NCBI GenBank assembly: GCA_963786185.1
Contig: CAWAYE010000004.1
Span: forward strand, 44,105-108,104
DNA: 64,000 nt
DNA from: an uncultured Thermoleophilia bacterium
Lineage (GTDB): Bacteria > Actinomycetota > Thermoleophilia > Gaiellales > Gaiellaceae
Direction: 5' to 3'
The notes under the pieces: model-generated
Told to the model about the DNA's origin: nothing
The model's database searches: none
Seen by the model: the letters and a program-made list of their open reading frames with translations, nothing else
In this document: positions 34,479 through 44,484 of the stretch, piece after piece
Layout of the letters: the number at the start of each line of letters is the position of its first letter
Position numbering within the stretch: position 1 is the first letter of the stretch
Translations under genes and position numbers: made by a program

Positions 34479-34988
34479 CTACGCGCGCGTGTAAGCCGAG
34501 AACTGCAGCTGCCCGTGCTCACAGACGGGTGTCGGCGGCGCGACCGCGACGATCGTCTTGCCGCCGCCGGGCGCGTGCACGGCGAGCTTGTAGGCGGTGC
34601 GCTCGCACGCTCCGATCGTCTGCTCGCCCGTGCCGGGGACGTCCGGCGAGAAGCGCGCGGTCGCGCGGGTCGAATGCCCGGGTGCGAGCCGCACGAGCAC
34701 GGCGGTGAGCCCGTTCGGGAACGCTGCCCGCACGTGGGTCGGCAACGCCTTCCCGCGCCGGCCGAGGAGCGTGACCGACGGCAGTCCGCTGACCTGGCAC
34801 GTCCGGGCCGAGCGGTTGCGGAGGACGAGCGCGTAGACGATGTTCCCCGCGCCGGCACTGTTGGGCACGACCGCGAAGCGCCCCGTGAGCTCCGCGCCGG
34901 TGCAGGACGCCGACCCGGGCGCCGCGCCGGCGGTGCCGCCGGCGACGGCGGCGAGGAGCAGGGCAGCGACGAGCAGCGGGCGGTGCAT
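34479..34988 (-). CDS. Secreted DUF4232-like protein
   Basis: ATG 34988 gives MHRPLLVAALLLAAVAGGTAGA, a signal peptide. The conserved Cys pattern C..(A/S)..L ... RN.S...C.(V/L).G.P is present. Confidence 0.6.
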   Translation of the reverse strand: MHRPLLVAALLLAAVAGGTAGAAPGSASCTGAELTGRFAVVPNSAGAGNIVYALVLRNRSARTCQVSGLPSVTLLGRRGKALPTHVRAAFPNGLTAVLVRLAPGHSTRATARFSPDVPGTGEQTIGACERTAYKLAVHAPGGGKTIVAVAPPTPVCEHGQLQFSAYTRA

Positions 34989-35039
34989 CGGGCCGCCATC
35001 GTAGTTCGAAGCGAGACGCCCGATACGATGCCTGCGCAC

Positions 35040-35113
35040 GGTGGCAGTAGCTCAGTTGGTAGAGCCCCGGGTTGTGGTCCCGGTGGTCGGGGGTTCGAGT
35101 CCCCTCTGCCACC
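35040..35113 (+). tRNA. tRNA-His (anticodon GUG) with encoded G-1
   Basis: G-1 plus acceptor GTGGCAG/CTGCCAC, anticodon loop TTGTGGT, T-loop TTCGAGT. Confidence 0.88.
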
Positions 35114-35117
35114 CTCG

Positions 35118-35966
35118 TTGCGCGAGTCGCGTCATCTGAGGGAGATCCGCCGTCTCGACCCCGAGCGCGACGCCGACCGGATCGTCTTCCTCGACGCCTC
35201 GCTCGAGTTCCCCTGGGACACCCAGCGTTCGCTCGAGCTCGCGTTCTACCGAACCTACGCCGTTCCCTCGATCGCACGACTGCTGGCGTCGACCGGCGAG
35301 TTCACCGGTGCGCCGCAGAAACGCTACGACGACACCCAGATCCTCATCTCGGCGTTCTGCGAGTTCGGCCTCTCGAGCGACTTCGGGCGCCGCGCCCTTC
35401 GCCGGATGAACCGGATCCACGGACGCTTCGAGATCGCGAACGACGACTATCTCTACGTCCTCTCGACGATGGTGTTCGAGCCGATCCGCTGGAACGCCCG
35501 CTTCGGCTGGCGGCCGCTGCTCGACGCCGAGCGGCTCGCGACGTTCCACTTCTGGCGTGCGATCGGAACCCACATGGGCATCCGCGACGTTCCGGAGGAG
35601 TACGCGGAGCTCGAACGGTTCAACGTCGAGTTCGAGCGCGCCAACTTCGCCTACACCGACGAGGGCCATCGCGTCGCGGTGGCGACACGCGACATGTTCC
35701 TCGACTGGTTCCCGGGGCTGCCCAAGCGCGTCGGCCGTCCGCTCGTCCACGCGCTGCTCGACCCGCCGCTGCTCGAGGCGCTCGGGTTTCCCGCGCCGCC
35801 GCCGCAGTTGCGGGGTGCGGCCGAGGCGGCGTTGCGCGCCCGCTCGCGCGCCCTCCGCGTGCTGCCCGCTCGGCGCCGGCCACGGCTGCGCACGCTCGAG
35901 CGCCACCGCGCCTACCCGGACGGCTACCAGCTCGAGGAGCTCGGCCCGGAACCCTCGCTAGGCTGA
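35118..35966 (+). CDS. MpaB/DUF2236 family oxygenase-like protein
   Basis: This is the tail of ORF 33741..35966. TTG 35118 lies directly after tRNA-His. The protein reads LDPERDADRIVFLDASLEFPWDTQRSLELAFYRTYAVPSIA... and ...RMNRIHGRF... Confidence 0.65.
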   Translation: MRESRHLREIRRLDPERDADRIVFLDASLEFPWDTQRSLELAFYRTYAVPSIARLLASTGEFTGAPQKRYDDTQILISAFCEFGLSSDFGRRALRRMNRIHGRFEIANDDYLYVLSTMVFEPIRWNARFGWRPLLDAERLATFHFWRAIGTHMGIRDVPEEYAELERFNVEFERANFAYTDEGHRVAVATRDMFLDWFPGLPKRVGRPLVHALLDPPLLEALGFPAPPPQLRGAAEAALRARSRALRVLPARRRPRLRTLERHRAYPDGYQLEELGPEPSLG

Positions 35967-35975
35967 CAGCGGCCC

Positions 35976-36047
35976 GGCCCCGTAGCTCAGAGGACAGAGC
36001 GGGAGCCTTCGAAGCTCCGTGCGCAGGTTCGATTCCTGCCGGGGCCA
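35976..36047 (+). tRNA. tRNA-Arg (anticodon UCG)
   Basis: Acceptor GGCCCCG/CGGGGCC, anticodon loop CTTCGAA, T-loop TTCGATT. Confidence 0.88.
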
Positions 36048-36109
36048 CTGAATCGAGGGCGTCGGCCGACGACCGGGATGCAACGGCTCCCGGTGCATCG
36101 GCGGCGGAT

Positions 36110-36235
36110 TCAGCGGCTGGCGAAGCGGAAGAGCAGCCAGAGCAACACGACGAAGATGCCGATCAGCGCGCCGATGTCCCTGATGAAATGGGCACCGGTG
36201 TTGACGTCGACTGGAAGGTCCACGGGACCGTTCAT
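36110..36235 (-). CDS. 41-aa single-TM micro-protein candidate
   Basis: The minus strand reads MNGPVDLPVDVNTGAHFIRDIGALIGIFVVLLWLLFRFASR*. It lies 40 nt downstream of the ATPase gene, has mostly G/C third positions and is below the track cutoff. Confidence 0.3.
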   Translation of the reverse strand: MNGPVDLPVDVNTGAHFIRDIGALIGIFVVLLWLLFRFASR

Positions 36236-36275
36236 CGGCACGCGCCGCCGGGCGCTTGAGCCTCGGCGCGGGTGA

Positions 36276-37430
36276 TCACTGCTGTTCGCGCCCGACCCAG
36301 GCTGCGAGGAACGGCTCGACGATCGCGATCGTCCCGTCGTCGATCCTCCCGACGAGCTCCTTGCGCGTCAGGGCGGTGAGGGCGGACTGCAAGGTCGGCG
36401 CCGGCGGCAGGTCGTAGGCCAGGCGGTAGTCCTCGGCGTACGGCGAGGCCGTCGGCTCGGCCGCGAGCGCGGTCAGCAGCCGGCGCTGCGTGCGGGGAGC
36501 GTCCGCCCACAGCTGCTCGAGGTGGTTGTGCTCGGCGCGCAGGACGTTGTCGAGCCCCGCGTCGACGTCGGACTCGTAGGCGAACGCGCCGGCCGGCGTT
36601 CGCTCCCACACCTCGTGCGCGAGCTCCTGCGTCGCATACGGATGGCCGGCGGTCAGGTCGAGCAGCCGTGCGGCGGCGCTCTCGGTGATGCCCTTGTCAG
36701 TCCGTTCGAAGCGGGAGCGGACGAAGCGTGAGAAGACCTCCTTGCCGATCAGCCCGATCTCGAGCTTCTTCGCGCTGCGCCAGAACGGCTCGTTGCGGTC
36801 GCCGAAGATCTGGTCGAGCACGTGTCGCTTGCTCCCCAGGTAGACGTGCGCGACGTCCGGCTGCGTCTGGAACACGGCGCGCAGCAGGTTCGGATAGCGG
36901 CGGTCGAGCTCGACGATCTCCTGGAACTCGTCGAAGATCATCACGACCCGTCGCCGGCGCTCGGCGGCGAGCCGGCCGAGCAGCTCGAGCAGGGACTCGA
37001 TCGTGTCGTCGATGTCCGTGCGGCGCCGCGTCGCGCGAAAGCTGAAGCTCAGCGAACCGTCCTGCGGATCGACCTCCATCGACGGGACGATCCGCAGTCC
37101 GCGGAACAGGTCGGCGGCACGCTCGTGCGCGCGGCCGGATGCCGTGTCGACGTCTCGGTGGATCGTGCGCGCAAGGGCTGCGGCGAACCGCTCCTTGCTG
37201 GTGACCTTCAGCAGGTCGACGTAGCCGACCAGCGCACCGTCCCGGGCGGCGCGCCGCGCTGCTCTGAGCACGAGTGACGACTTGCCGTAGCGGCGCGGCG
37301 CGTACACGAGCACGTCCTGGCCGTTTCGCAGCTCTGCGACGAGCTCGCGCAGCTCCGACTGTCGGTCGGTGAACGCGTCGCCGAGGGCGAGTGCGCCGAA
37401 GCGGAACGGGTTCGTCGGTGATTTAGCCAC
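36276..37430 (-). CDS. ATP-binding protein of the archaeal-type AAA+ ATPase family (COG1672/ATPase_2-like)
   Basis: 384 aa. It has the N-terminal NPF.FG...F.DR..EL pattern, Walker A APRRYGKSS, Walker B VMIFDEFQ, and a winged-helix-like C-terminus. Confidence 0.8.
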   Translation of the reverse strand: MAKSPTNPFRFGALALGDAFTDRQSELRELVAELRNGQDVLVYAPRRYGKSSLVLRAARRAARDGALVGYVDLLKVTSKERFAAALARTIHRDVDTASGRAHERAADLFRGLRIVPSMEVDPQDGSLSFSFRATRRRTDIDDTIESLLELLGRLAAERRRRVVMIFDEFQEIVELDRRYPNLLRAVFQTQPDVAHVYLGSKRHVLDQIFGDRNEPFWRSAKKLEIGLIGKEVFSRFVRSRFERTDKGITESAAARLLDLTAGHPYATQELAHEVWERTPAGAFAYESDVDAGLDNVLRAEHNHLEQLWADAPRTQRRLLTALAAEPTASPYAEDYRLAYDLPPAPTLQSALTALTRKELVGRIDDGTIAIVEPFLAAWVGREQQ

Positions 37431-37501
37431 CGTTCCATTACGTTAGCGAACATAAAGGACTTCGACCGACAGCCCGGGCGGTTACGCTCTCGCGGAGCAA
37501 C

Positions 37502-37586
37502 GCGGGCGTGGCGGAACTGGCAGACGCGCCGGGTTTAGGTCCCGGTGGGCCGATGGCCCTTGGAGGTTCGACTCCTCTCGCCCGCA
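37502..37586 (+). tRNA. tRNA-Leu (anticodon UAG), long variable arm
   Basis: Acceptor GCGGGCG/CGCCCGC, anticodon loop TTTAGGT, a 15-nt variable arm and T-loop TTCGACT. Confidence 0.88.
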
Positions 37587-37599
37587 CCTGCCCCGCCAA

Positions 37600-38109
37600 C
37601 TAGGGCAGCGTCTGCACGACGTCGCCGAGCGTCGCGCGGTCCTTCACCGGCGGCTCGCTGGCCGGCGAGCCGAGGTGGACGAGGCCGACGATGCGCTCCG
37701 TCGGGTCGAGGCCGAGCAGCTCGCGCACCGCCGGCGCCTCGAGCGCCTCGGGCGTCCGCCAGTACGACGCGAGGCCGCGCGCCGTCGCTCCGAGCAGGAT
37801 CGCGTAGACGGCGCAGGCGGCCGACAGGAGATCCTCCTGGTCGGTGCGCGGGTCGCCGCCGAGCACGGCCGTGGCCAGCACGAGCGTCGGCGCGCGCCGC
37901 AGCTTGGCCGCCTCCTTCTCGCCGCACAAACTCTCGAGGCGCGCTCGCGTCTCCGGGCCGAGCACGCGAAAACGTGACGGTTGCGTGAGGTGGTGGTTCG
38001 GCGCCCAGCGCGCGAGCTCGAGCAGCTCCGCGAGCGTCGCCGCCTCGACCGGTGCGGAGCCGTACTGTTTGTGCGTTCTGCGTAGCCGAATCGCGGTGTC
38101 GACGTCCAT
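37600..38109 (-). CDS. Nitroreductase family protein
   Basis: This is the 169-aa tail of ORF 37600..39396 from ATG 38109. It reads MDVDTAIRLRRTHKQY...ARWAPNHHLTQP. Confidence 0.8.
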   Translation of the reverse strand: MDVDTAIRLRRTHKQYGSAPVEAATLAELLELARWAPNHHLTQPSRFRVLGPETRARLESLCGEKEAAKLRRAPTLVLATAVLGGDPRTDQEDLLSAACAVYAILLGATARGLASYWRTPEALEAPAVRELLGLDPTERIVGLVHLGSPASEPPVKDRATLGDVVQTLP

Positions 38110-38148
38110 CGGCCAGACGCTACCCGCATGATTCAATGGCCGAGCCCG

Positions 38149-39480
38149 ATGCCGACGCAGATCGAACAGCTCGCGGACGACAAGGTCAAGCTGACCGTGG
38201 ACGTCCCGGCCGGTGACGTCCACCACGCCGTCGAACACGCGGCGGCCGATCTCGCGGCGAGTGTTCGCGTGCCGGGCTTCCGGCGCGGCAAGGTGCCGAT
38301 GCCGATCCTCGTGCAACGCATCGGCCGCGACCGCATCTACTCGGAGGCGGTCGAGAGTCACATCGGCAGCTGGTTCTGGAGCGCTGCGACCCGCGCGCGC
38401 CTCAACCCGTCCGCCCAGCCCGAGTTCGAGTACAACCTGCCGACGTCCGACTCCGAAGGCTGGAGCTTCTCCGCGACCGTCGCCGTGCATCCGAGGCCCG
38501 AGCCCGCCGACTGGACGCAGCTCGAGGTGCCGAAGCACGAGGCGACGGTGCCCGAGGAGGCGGTGCAGGCCGAGCTCGAGGCGCTGCAGCGCACCGTGGC
38601 GGAGCTGGTTCCCGTCGAGGGGCGCGGCGCGCAGGAGGGCGACACGGTCGTGGTCGACCTCGAGCCCGAGGACGGCCCGGCCCAGCGCGACTACGTGGTC
38701 GAGCTCGGCTCCGACCGGCTCGTCGAGGAGCTCGACAACGGCCTGCGCGGCCTCCAGGCCGGTGAGAGCCGCGAGATCGCCTACGAGCTGGCGGATGGAA
38801 GCCGGCGTCGCGCGACCGTCGCGGTGAAGACGATCTACGAACGCGTGCTGCCGCCGCTCGACGACGAGCTCGCGCGCGCGGCCTCGGAGTTCGACACCTA
38901 TGGCGACCTGCGCGGCGAGGTCGAAGACCGGTTGCGCGGACAGGTCGCAGACGAGCTCGACGGAATCTTCCGCGCCGCGGCGGTCGACGAGCTCGTGAAG
39001 GCGTCGAACGTGAGCGCGTCCGGCCCGCTCGTCGAGCTGCGGACACGCGAGCTTCTCGGCGGTCTCGCCCGCAGCCTCCAGGCGCGCGGGATCGACGCAG
39101 AGTCGTACCTGCAGCTGACCGGCCAGTCGCCCGAAGCGCTCGAGCAGCGACTGCGGGCGGAGGCGACGATCTCGGTCGCCCGCGAGCTGGTGCTCGAAGC
39201 AGTGGCCGACAAGCTCGGCCTCGAGGTCACCGACGACGAGATTCGCGAGGAGCTGCGCGAGGCCGGCGAATCCGAGGAGGACATCGAGGCGTTCGTGACC
39301 GGCGGCGGCGCCGACCGCGTCCGCGACGACCTCCGGCTGAAGAAAGCCGTCGATCGCGTCGTCGCCGACGTGAAGCCGATCGCGCCCGAGCTGCACGAGG
39401 CGCGCGAGAGCATCTGGACGCCGGGGCAGGAGCAGCAGGCCGATGCCCCGAAGCTATGGACCCCAGGCACCAAGGAGTGA
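38149..39480 (+). CDS. tig: Trigger factor
   Basis: ORF 38128..39480. The likely start is ATG 38149 ([17 protein letters not shown]..). It has the GFRRGKVP ribosome-binding motif and the conserved tig-clpP-clpX context. Confidence 0.92.
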   Translation: MPTQIEQLADDKVKLTVDVPAGDVHHAVEHAAADLAASVRVPGFRRGKVPMPILVQRIGRDRIYSEAVESHIGSWFWSAATRARLNPSAQPEFEYNLPTSDSEGWSFSATVAVHPRPEPADWTQLEVPKHEATVPEEAVQAELEALQRTVAELVPVEGRGAQEGDTVVVDLEPEDGPAQRDYVVELGSDRLVEELDNGLRGLQAGESREIAYELADGSRRRATVAVKTIYERVLPPLDDELARAASEFDTYGDLRGEVEDRLRGQVADELDGIFRAAAVDELVKASNVSASGPLVELRTRELLGGLARSLQARGIDAESYLQLTGQSPEALEQRLRAEATISVARELVLEAVADKLGLEVTDDEIREELREAGESEEDIEAFVTGGGADRVRDDLRLKKAVDRVVADVKPIAPELHEARESIWTPGQEQQADAPKLWTPGTKE

Positions 39481-39487
39481 CACCGAC

Positions 39488-40096
39488 ATGCCACTGATTC
39501 CGATGGTCGTAGAACAGACGTCGCGCGGCGAGCGCGCGTTCGACATCTATTCGCGCCTCCTGGCGGAGCGCATCGTCTTCCTCGGTACGCCGGTCGACGA
39601 CCAGATCGCCAACCTGATCATCGCCCAGCTCCTTCACCTCGAGTCGGAGGATCCCGAGAAGGACATCAACCTCTACATCAACTCCCCGGGCGGTTCCGTC
39701 TACTCCGGGCTCGCAATCTACGACACGATGCAGTTCATCAAGCCGGACGTGCAGACGATCTGCGTCGGCATCGCGATGAGCATGGGCTCGCTGCTCCTGG
39801 CCGGGGGCGCGAAAGGGAAGCGGATGTCGCTGCCGAACTCACGGATCCTGATCCACCAGGTCTCCGGCGGCTTCCAGGGCCAGGGCACCGACATCGAGAT
39901 CCAGGCCCGCGAGGTGATCGGCCTCAAGCGCCGCCTGGAGGAGATCTACACGCATCACACCGGCAAGTCCCAGGAGGAGATCTCACGCGATATGGAAAGG
40001 GATTTCTTCCTGAGCCCCACCGAAGCCAAGGACTACGGGATCATCGACTCCGTCATCACTCATCGCGAAACGGGATCTGCCGCCGCCGCTGCCTAG
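39488..40096 (+). CDS. clpP: ATP-dependent Clp protease proteolytic subunit
   Basis: ATG 39488 starts [25 protein letters not shown]. The Ser (GIAMSMGS), His (ILIHQ) and Asp (ERDFF) triad context is present. Confidence 0.96.
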   Translation: MPLIPMVVEQTSRGERAFDIYSRLLAERIVFLGTPVDDQIANLIIAQLLHLESEDPEKDINLYINSPGGSVYSGLAIYDTMQFIKPDVQTICVGIAMSMGSLLLAGGAKGKRMSLPNSRILIHQVSGGFQGQGTDIEIQAREVIGLKRRLEEIYTHHTGKSQEEISRDMERDFFLSPTEAKDYGIIDSVITHRETGSAAAAA

Positions 40097-40131
40097 CGGC
40101 CGGCGTCAAACTGGGGTAAAAGGAGAGAGGG

Positions 40132-41409
<1,278 letters not shown>

Positions 41410-41489
41410 CAGTCGAGAGGGAAACCGCGGGGTTGAGCCCGGCTCCGGCGGCGACCGTTTGCCGACCCGCCGTAGTGTGTCGGCCAACG

Positions 41490-43754
41490 ATGTGGCCCCG
41501 GAACCTCGCCGCGACCGCCGTGGCACTGGCCGTACTCGCTTCGTCGGCGGGGCCTTCGAGATCGACGCGAACCAGGCCATGTGAGATCCGCGCCTCGAGC
41601 GCCGACCACACCGCGTCGGTCAGGCGAGCCGTCGCCTCCAAGCGCGATCTGTGGGGCGAGCGGCTCCTTCACACACCGGGAGGGCCGACCTATGCGGCTG
41701 CGCGGACGCTCCTGGCGCCGCTCGACCGCGCGGTGGGGTGGTACCGGCAGCCGCTGACGCCGAGCGGTTTCTACTACATGCCGTTCTCGTTTCCGTTCAC
41801 TTCCAACGGGTCGACGGTGTACGCGCTGCACGTCGCGGACGGCAGCGAGCTCGACACTCGCGTCGTCGGCGGCCCGTCGTTGTCCGTGTACGTCGGGTCG
41901 GGCGGCGAACGCTTCGGCTCTTGCACGACCCGACGGCAGCCGGCGCGGCTCGTCGCCGGCAACCTGCCGATTCTCAGAACGGGGTATACCGACGAGAACG
42001 GGGTGCGTTACCGGCAGGAGTCGTTCGTCGGCCGCGCGCTCGGCGCACGCTCGGTCGTCAGCTTCGTGCGACTCACAGTCGATGCGCGACACGCTCCGGA
42101 GGCGGCGACCGTGCGCCTCGTCGCGTCGCCGTCGCTCACGCGCATCGCGCCCGCGCGTCTCGGCGCCCGTGGCCGCGCGCGCCTGATCGTCTCGCGAGGT
42201 GCGAACTTCTCCGGCGGGGCGATGCGCTGGCGTGTCCCGGCCGGAACGACCCGGACGCTCTACGCCGAATGGCTGCTCGCGCCTTCGGTGGCGCGCTATC
42301 TGCACGCGACGCCCGCTGCGTACCGCGCCGCCCGCGCGACCGTCGTCGGGTTCTGGCGGTCGCGCCTCGACGCGGGTGCGACCTTCGACGTGCCGGAGCC
42401 GGCGGTGCAGGACGCCGAACGCGGTGTGCTCGCGCAGCTGATCGCCTACGGCTGGCGCTACAGCATCGGCAACCCGTACGAAGAGCTCTCCTACGCGGAG
42501 TCCCTCGATGCGGCCGAGGTCGCGGCCGAGTACGGCTACACGTCGGTCGCGCGGTCGATCGTCGAGCTCGCACTCCAGCGGATGCGGCTGCGACCGTGGC
42601 GGTTCACCGCGTTCCGCGGCGCGCACATCCTCGGAACCGCTGCCCTGTATTACCGCCTGACGAACGACGGGGTGTTCCTGCGGTCGCAGACGCCCGCGCT
42701 CGAACGGCTCGTTGCGCGCATCGCCGCGCGTCAGCTCCCGAGCGGAAAGCTGCACCCGGAGCCTCTCTCGACGGATCTCGAGGACGAGGACGTCGACAGC
42801 GTCTCGGGCCAGATCGAAGCCGTGCAAGGGCTCCGAGCGATCGGAGGTGTGTGGGCGTCGGCCGGCGACGACGGACCGGCCGCCCAGGCGCGAGCGCTCG
42901 CAGCGTCGATCGACCGCGCACTGCGTCCCGCGGTCGACGAGGCGGCGTCGCGGCTTCGCGACGGGTCGCTGTTCGTTCCCTCGCAGCTCTCGAAGCCGCA
43001 GGGGCCGTTCCAGCGGGTGACGGCGACCCGCGAGGGCTCGTACTGGAACCTCGTCATGCCGTACGCCTTCGCGTCCGGCTGGTTCTCCCCGGCCGAGTCG
43101 CGCGGGATCCTCCGCTACCTCTTCGGGCACGGCTCGTTGCTTCTCGGTGTGCCGCGTACGGCGGCGCGCAGGATCTACCTCCGACCGAACGGCGCCGGCG
43201 TCGCGCCGGCCTACGGTCTCGCCGCGTCGCGGTTCCTCGCCGGGAACGACCGCCCCGACCGGCAGGTGCTCAGCCTGTATGGCCTGCTCGCGATCGGGAT
43301 GACGCCGGGGACGTACGTCTCCGGCGAGGCGGTCTCGGTGCTTCCCGTCGGCGACGCCTACGACCGGATGATGCTGATGCCGCCGAACACCGGCTCGAAC
43401 GCCTCGTATCTCGGGACGCTCCGCGAACTGCTCGTCCACGAGCGGGGCGGCGGTCTCGACCTCGCGTTTGCCACACCGCGCGCGTGGCTTTCCGACGGCC
43501 GCGCGATTCGCGTGCGCGACGCGCCGACCAGATTCGGGAAGGTCAGCTACTCGATCGTCCGGCACGGTCGCGTCGTCGAGGCGAGACTCACGCTTCCGGC
43601 TCGTGCGCACGCCCGGTTGCGGCTGCGCCTACCGGCAGGCGAGCGCCTCGAGCGGGTGCTCGTCGGGGCGACACGCGTGCGCCCCGATCGCGCCGGGACA
43701 ATCGACCTGGGCGACCGCCGAGGCGCCGTCGCCGTGCGGGCGACCGTTTCCTAG
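41490..43754 (+). CDS. Large secreted protein of unknown function (754 aa)
   Basis: ATG 41490 lies in ORF 41301..43754. It has a signal peptide (MWPRNLAATAVALAVLASSAG). I could verify no catalytic motif. The helical-repeat-like central part might be glycosidase-like, which is only a guess. Confidence 0.6.
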   Translation: MWPRNLAATAVALAVLASSAGPSRSTRTRPCEIRASSADHTASVRRAVASKRDLWGERLLHTPGGPTYAAARTLLAPLDRAVGWYRQPLTPSGFYYMPFSFPFTSNGSTVYALHVADGSELDTRVVGGPSLSVYVGSGGERFGSCTTRRQPARLVAGNLPILRTGYTDENGVRYRQESFVGRALGARSVVSFVRLTVDARHAPEAATVRLVASPSLTRIAPARLGARGRARLIVSRGANFSGGAMRWRVPAGTTRTLYAEWLLAPSVARYLHATPAAYRAARATVVGFWRSRLDAGATFDVPEPAVQDAERGVLAQLIAYGWRYSIGNPYEELSYAESLDAAEVAAEYGYTSVARSIVELALQRMRLRPWRFTAFRGAHILGTAALYYRLTNDGVFLRSQTPALERLVARIAARQLPSGKLHPEPLSTDLEDEDVDSVSGQIEAVQGLRAIGGVWASAGDDGPAAQARALAASIDRALRPAVDEAASRLRDGSLFVPSQLSKPQGPFQRVTATREGSYWNLVMPYAFASGWFSPAESRGILRYLFGHGSLLLGVPRTAARRIYLRPNGAGVAPAYGLAASRFLAGNDRPDRQVLSLYGLLAIGMTPGTYVSGEAVSVLPVGDAYDRMMLMPPNTGSNASYLGTLRELLVHERGGGLDLAFATPRAWLSDGRAIRVRDAPTRFGKVSYSIVRHGRVVEARLTLPARAHARLRLRLPAGERLERVLVGATRVRPDRAGTIDLGDRRGAVAVRATVS

Positions 43755-43765
43755 GAGACGATGAG

Positions 43766-44056
43766 TTACTTCTCCGGCGCAGCCGGAGTCGTCGCGGTCG
43801 CGTCGATCAGGCGCGTCAGGAACGTGCGCTGGAGCTCGAGTGCCTGGACCGCGACACCGAAGCTGCCGTCGATCAGCTCGGCGGGCGACGGGATGCCGCG
43901 CGCGGTGCGGACGAACGGGTGGTCGGCGGCGAGCTCGGCGACGCGGACCGCGTAGTCCTGGGTCTCCTTGAGGGCCTCGAGGCTCTGCTGCTGGAGCGCG
44001 GCGAACGAGAGCGTGAAGGTGGTGTCGCTGGAGCTGGTGTGGGTGGCGGTGGGCAT
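43766..44056 (-). CDS. Small helical protein, phasin-like candidate (96 aa)
   Basis: ORF 43766..44086. ATG 44056 is preceded by AAGGAG at 6 nt. Its position next to the XRE regulator and phaC suggests a granule-associated role. No motif proof is available. Confidence 0.5.
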   Translation of the reverse strand: MPTATHTSSSDTTFTLSFAALQQQSLEALKETQDYAVRVAELAADHPFVRTARGIPSPAELIDGSFGVAVQALELQRTFLTRLIDATATTPAAPEK

Positions 44057-44096
44057 CGTCTTCTCCTTCGTCGTTGGGGCTGTCACGGCGCTAAGT

Positions 44097-44118
44097 ATAC
44101 CAATCAGACGATTGGTAT
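44097..44118. promoter_or_regulatory. Perfect 9-bp inverted repeat ATACCAATC-AGAC-GATTGGTAT (operator candidate)
   Basis: It lies 41-62 nt upstream of the phasin-like ATG and directly after the XRE gene stop. A related half-site pair, ATAGCAA-N5-TTGGTAT, occurs at 44468-44486. Confidence 0.5.
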
Positions 44119-44119
44119 G

Positions 44120-44458
44120 TCAATCAGCGCCGACGAAGCCCCGGTACACGCCGAGGAGGGCGTGCTTCTGCGTCTCGGTCAGCCGCTCGTCGAGCTGAAT
44201 CGCCTCCTCGACCGACCGCCGGGAGTGCTGGGCGCGCTCGTCGAGCAGCCCGGCCTGCGCGAAGAGCGACTCCGCCGAGAGGTTGAGCGCGCCGGCGATG
44301 CCCTTCAGCACCTGTGCCGACGGCTGGTAGAGGCCGCGCTCGACCTGGCTCAGGTACGCGTTCGACACGTCCGCGACCTCGGCGAGCTGGCGCAGGGAGA
44401 GCCGGGCGAGCTGACGCTGGGCCCTGATGAACGCTCCCAGGCCGCCGGTCTCCGCCAT
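44120..44458 (-). CDS. XRE-family helix-turn-helix transcriptional regulator
   Basis: 112 aa from ATG 44458. The HTH reads LSLRQLAEVADVSNAYLSQVERGLYQPSAQVLKGIAGAL. Confidence 0.88.
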   Translation of the reverse strand: MAETGGLGAFIRAQRQLARLSLRQLAEVADVSNAYLSQVERGLYQPSAQVLKGIAGALNLSAESLFAQAGLLDERAQHSRRSVEEAIQLDERLTETQKHALLGVYRGFVGAD

Positions 44459-44484
44459 GTGGCTCTTATAGCAAACTGCTTGGT

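Noticed and set aside
36078-36275. The 65-aa plus-strand ORF between tRNA-Arg and the ATPase gene.
   Set aside because: It is basic and low-complexity with poor codon bias. The opposite strand encodes a more plausible hydrophobic 41-aa peptide in the same interval.
39488-40096. A single clpP, although many actinobacteria have a clpP1-clpP2 pair between tig and clpX.
   Set aside because: Copy number varies between lineages, and a second clpP could lie elsewhere. The gene here has an intact Ser-His-Asp context, so nothing is anomalous in the sequence itself.
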